Positions 62,775-64,000 of a stretch of DNA of 64,000 nt are shown piece by piece. Under the pieces are notes generated by a model. The model saw nothing but the letters and a program-made list of their open reading frames with translations, was not told the origin of the DNA and did no database searches. How positions within the stretch are numbered: the stretch's first letter is position 1; each line of letters begins with the position of its first letter. The position numbers and the translations under genes were made by a program. Source of the DNA: Squalus acanthias (lineage: Eukaryota); the NCBI GenBank assembly GCA_030390025.1, contig CM059425.1, positions 153,636,001-153,700,000 of the forward strand. The letters are read 5' to 3'.

Positions 62775-63592
62775 GGGAATGGTAATATAGTGATTATGTT
62801 ACTGGACCAGTAATCAAGAGGCCTGGATTAATGATCCTGAGAGACATGAGTTCAAATCCCACCATAGCAGCTAGGGAATTTAAATTCAGTTAATTAAATA
62901 AATCTGGAATACAAAAGCTAGTATCTGTAATGGTGAACATGAAACTATCAGATTGTCGCAAAAACCCACCTGGTTCACTAATGTCCTTTAGGGAAGGAAA
63001 TCTGCCACCCTTACCCAGTCTGGCCTATATGTGACTCCAGACCCACAGCAATCTGGATCCCTCTGAAATGGCCTAGCAAGCTATTAGCCTTTATGGCCCA
63101 CTCATTTGTAAGAAACTGCTACGAGAAACAATAATAAGAACAAAACCAGACGGACCACACGGCATCGACCTAGGCACCAGACATGACAACGGCACACCCA
63201 GCCCAGTCAACCCTACAAAGTCCTCCTCACTAACATCTGGGGACTTATGCCAAAATTGGGAGAGCTGTCCCACAGACTAGTCAAGGAACAGCCTGACATA
63301 GTCATACTCACAGAATCATACCTTTCAGCCAATGTCCTAGACTCCTACATCCCGATCCCTGGGTCTATCCTGTCCCACTGGCAGGACAGACCCACCAGAG
63401 GTGGCGGCACAGTGGTATACAGTTGGGAGGGAATGGCCCTGGGAGTCCTCAACATTGACACCGGACCCCATGAAGTCTCATGGCTTCAGGTCAAGCTTGG
63501 GCAAGGAAACCTCCTGCTGATTACCATCTACTGCCCTCCCTCAGCTGTTGAATCAGTACTCCTCCATGTTGATCACCACTTGGAAGAAGCAC
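62775..63592 (+). mobile_element. 5' end of the SINE-headed LINE: tRNA-like head, Meta-like domain and APE endonuclease N-terminus
   Basis: Decayed A box ~62783-62793; B box GAGTTCAAATCCC at 62848-62860; central domain 62951-63050; KVLLTNIWGLMPKLGEL...PDIVILTESYL...DRPTRGGGTVVY. Confidence 0.85.
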
Positions 63593-64000
63593 TGTAAAAT
63601 TCGCAAATTATCGCGATTCAAAAATAATGAGAGAGAGATACAGTTTCGTTCAAGTAGTTTTATTTCAGCGAAATGCTGTCATGTTTCAAAACGGACACAA
63701 GAAGCCTGTAAAATGGCCGCCGCACCTCGTGGCAGAAGTTTCTAGAATTTTCAGTAGACAGACAAGATGGCGTTCGAATAAACATTTCAGAGTAAGATTG
63801 GATAATACTCTGCAAACATTGGTAAAGACAGGATGCAACCTGTCTGCATTCGACACAATAGCAAAGATATAAGTGCTGGAATCGTTTTCCATGTACAAGT
63901 GAGGACTATTGTACTGGGCAATCAGAGGCCCATCCAAAAGACATCAATACGCAAATTCCCCGCAGCTCTACAATGAGAGAGCCATTCGCGGGTGCTTACA
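63593..64000. mobile_element. Possible short LTR inserted in the APE ORF
   Basis: The LINE frame breaks at TGTAA; the window ends TTACA; CpG retained; AAGATGGCG motif; TSD cannot be checked. Confidence 0.35.

Noticed and set aside
1-64000. CRISPR array, operon or other prokaryotic system
   Set aside because: No regularly spaced repeat-spacer array and no gene-dense coding; the content is vertebrate transposons and splice signals.

Overview
Eukaryotic, repeat-saturated genomic DNA, most likely from a cartilaginous fish (shark), inferred from its CR1 tails, Deu-domain SINE, Neptune-type Penelope element and very dense Harbinger content. There are no prokaryotic features, CRISPR arrays, rRNA genes or bona fide tRNA genes. 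The window is mostly intergenic or intronic. It holds one probable terminal coding exon of an unidentified + strand host gene (2103-2285) and a few weak exon candidates. The rest is layered transposons: about 20 PIF/Harbinger derivatives and MITEs (several nested, many with 3-bp TSDs, some keeping transposase and spliced Myb/SANT remnants), a near full-length CR1 broken by four insertions (one of them itself interrupted), a Neptune/Penelope element with a degenerate hammerhead, a young RTE, an L2 tail and a 1.16-kb solo LTR. The most notable observation is a LINE family whose endonuclease ORF follows directly on a tRNA-derived, Meta-domain-like SINE head with no ORF1. The head/ORF junction is seen in three copies, and a microhomology-deleted copy ties the head to the RT and tail. 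All family assignments come from motif recognition by eye, not from database searches, and boundaries without TSDs are approximate.
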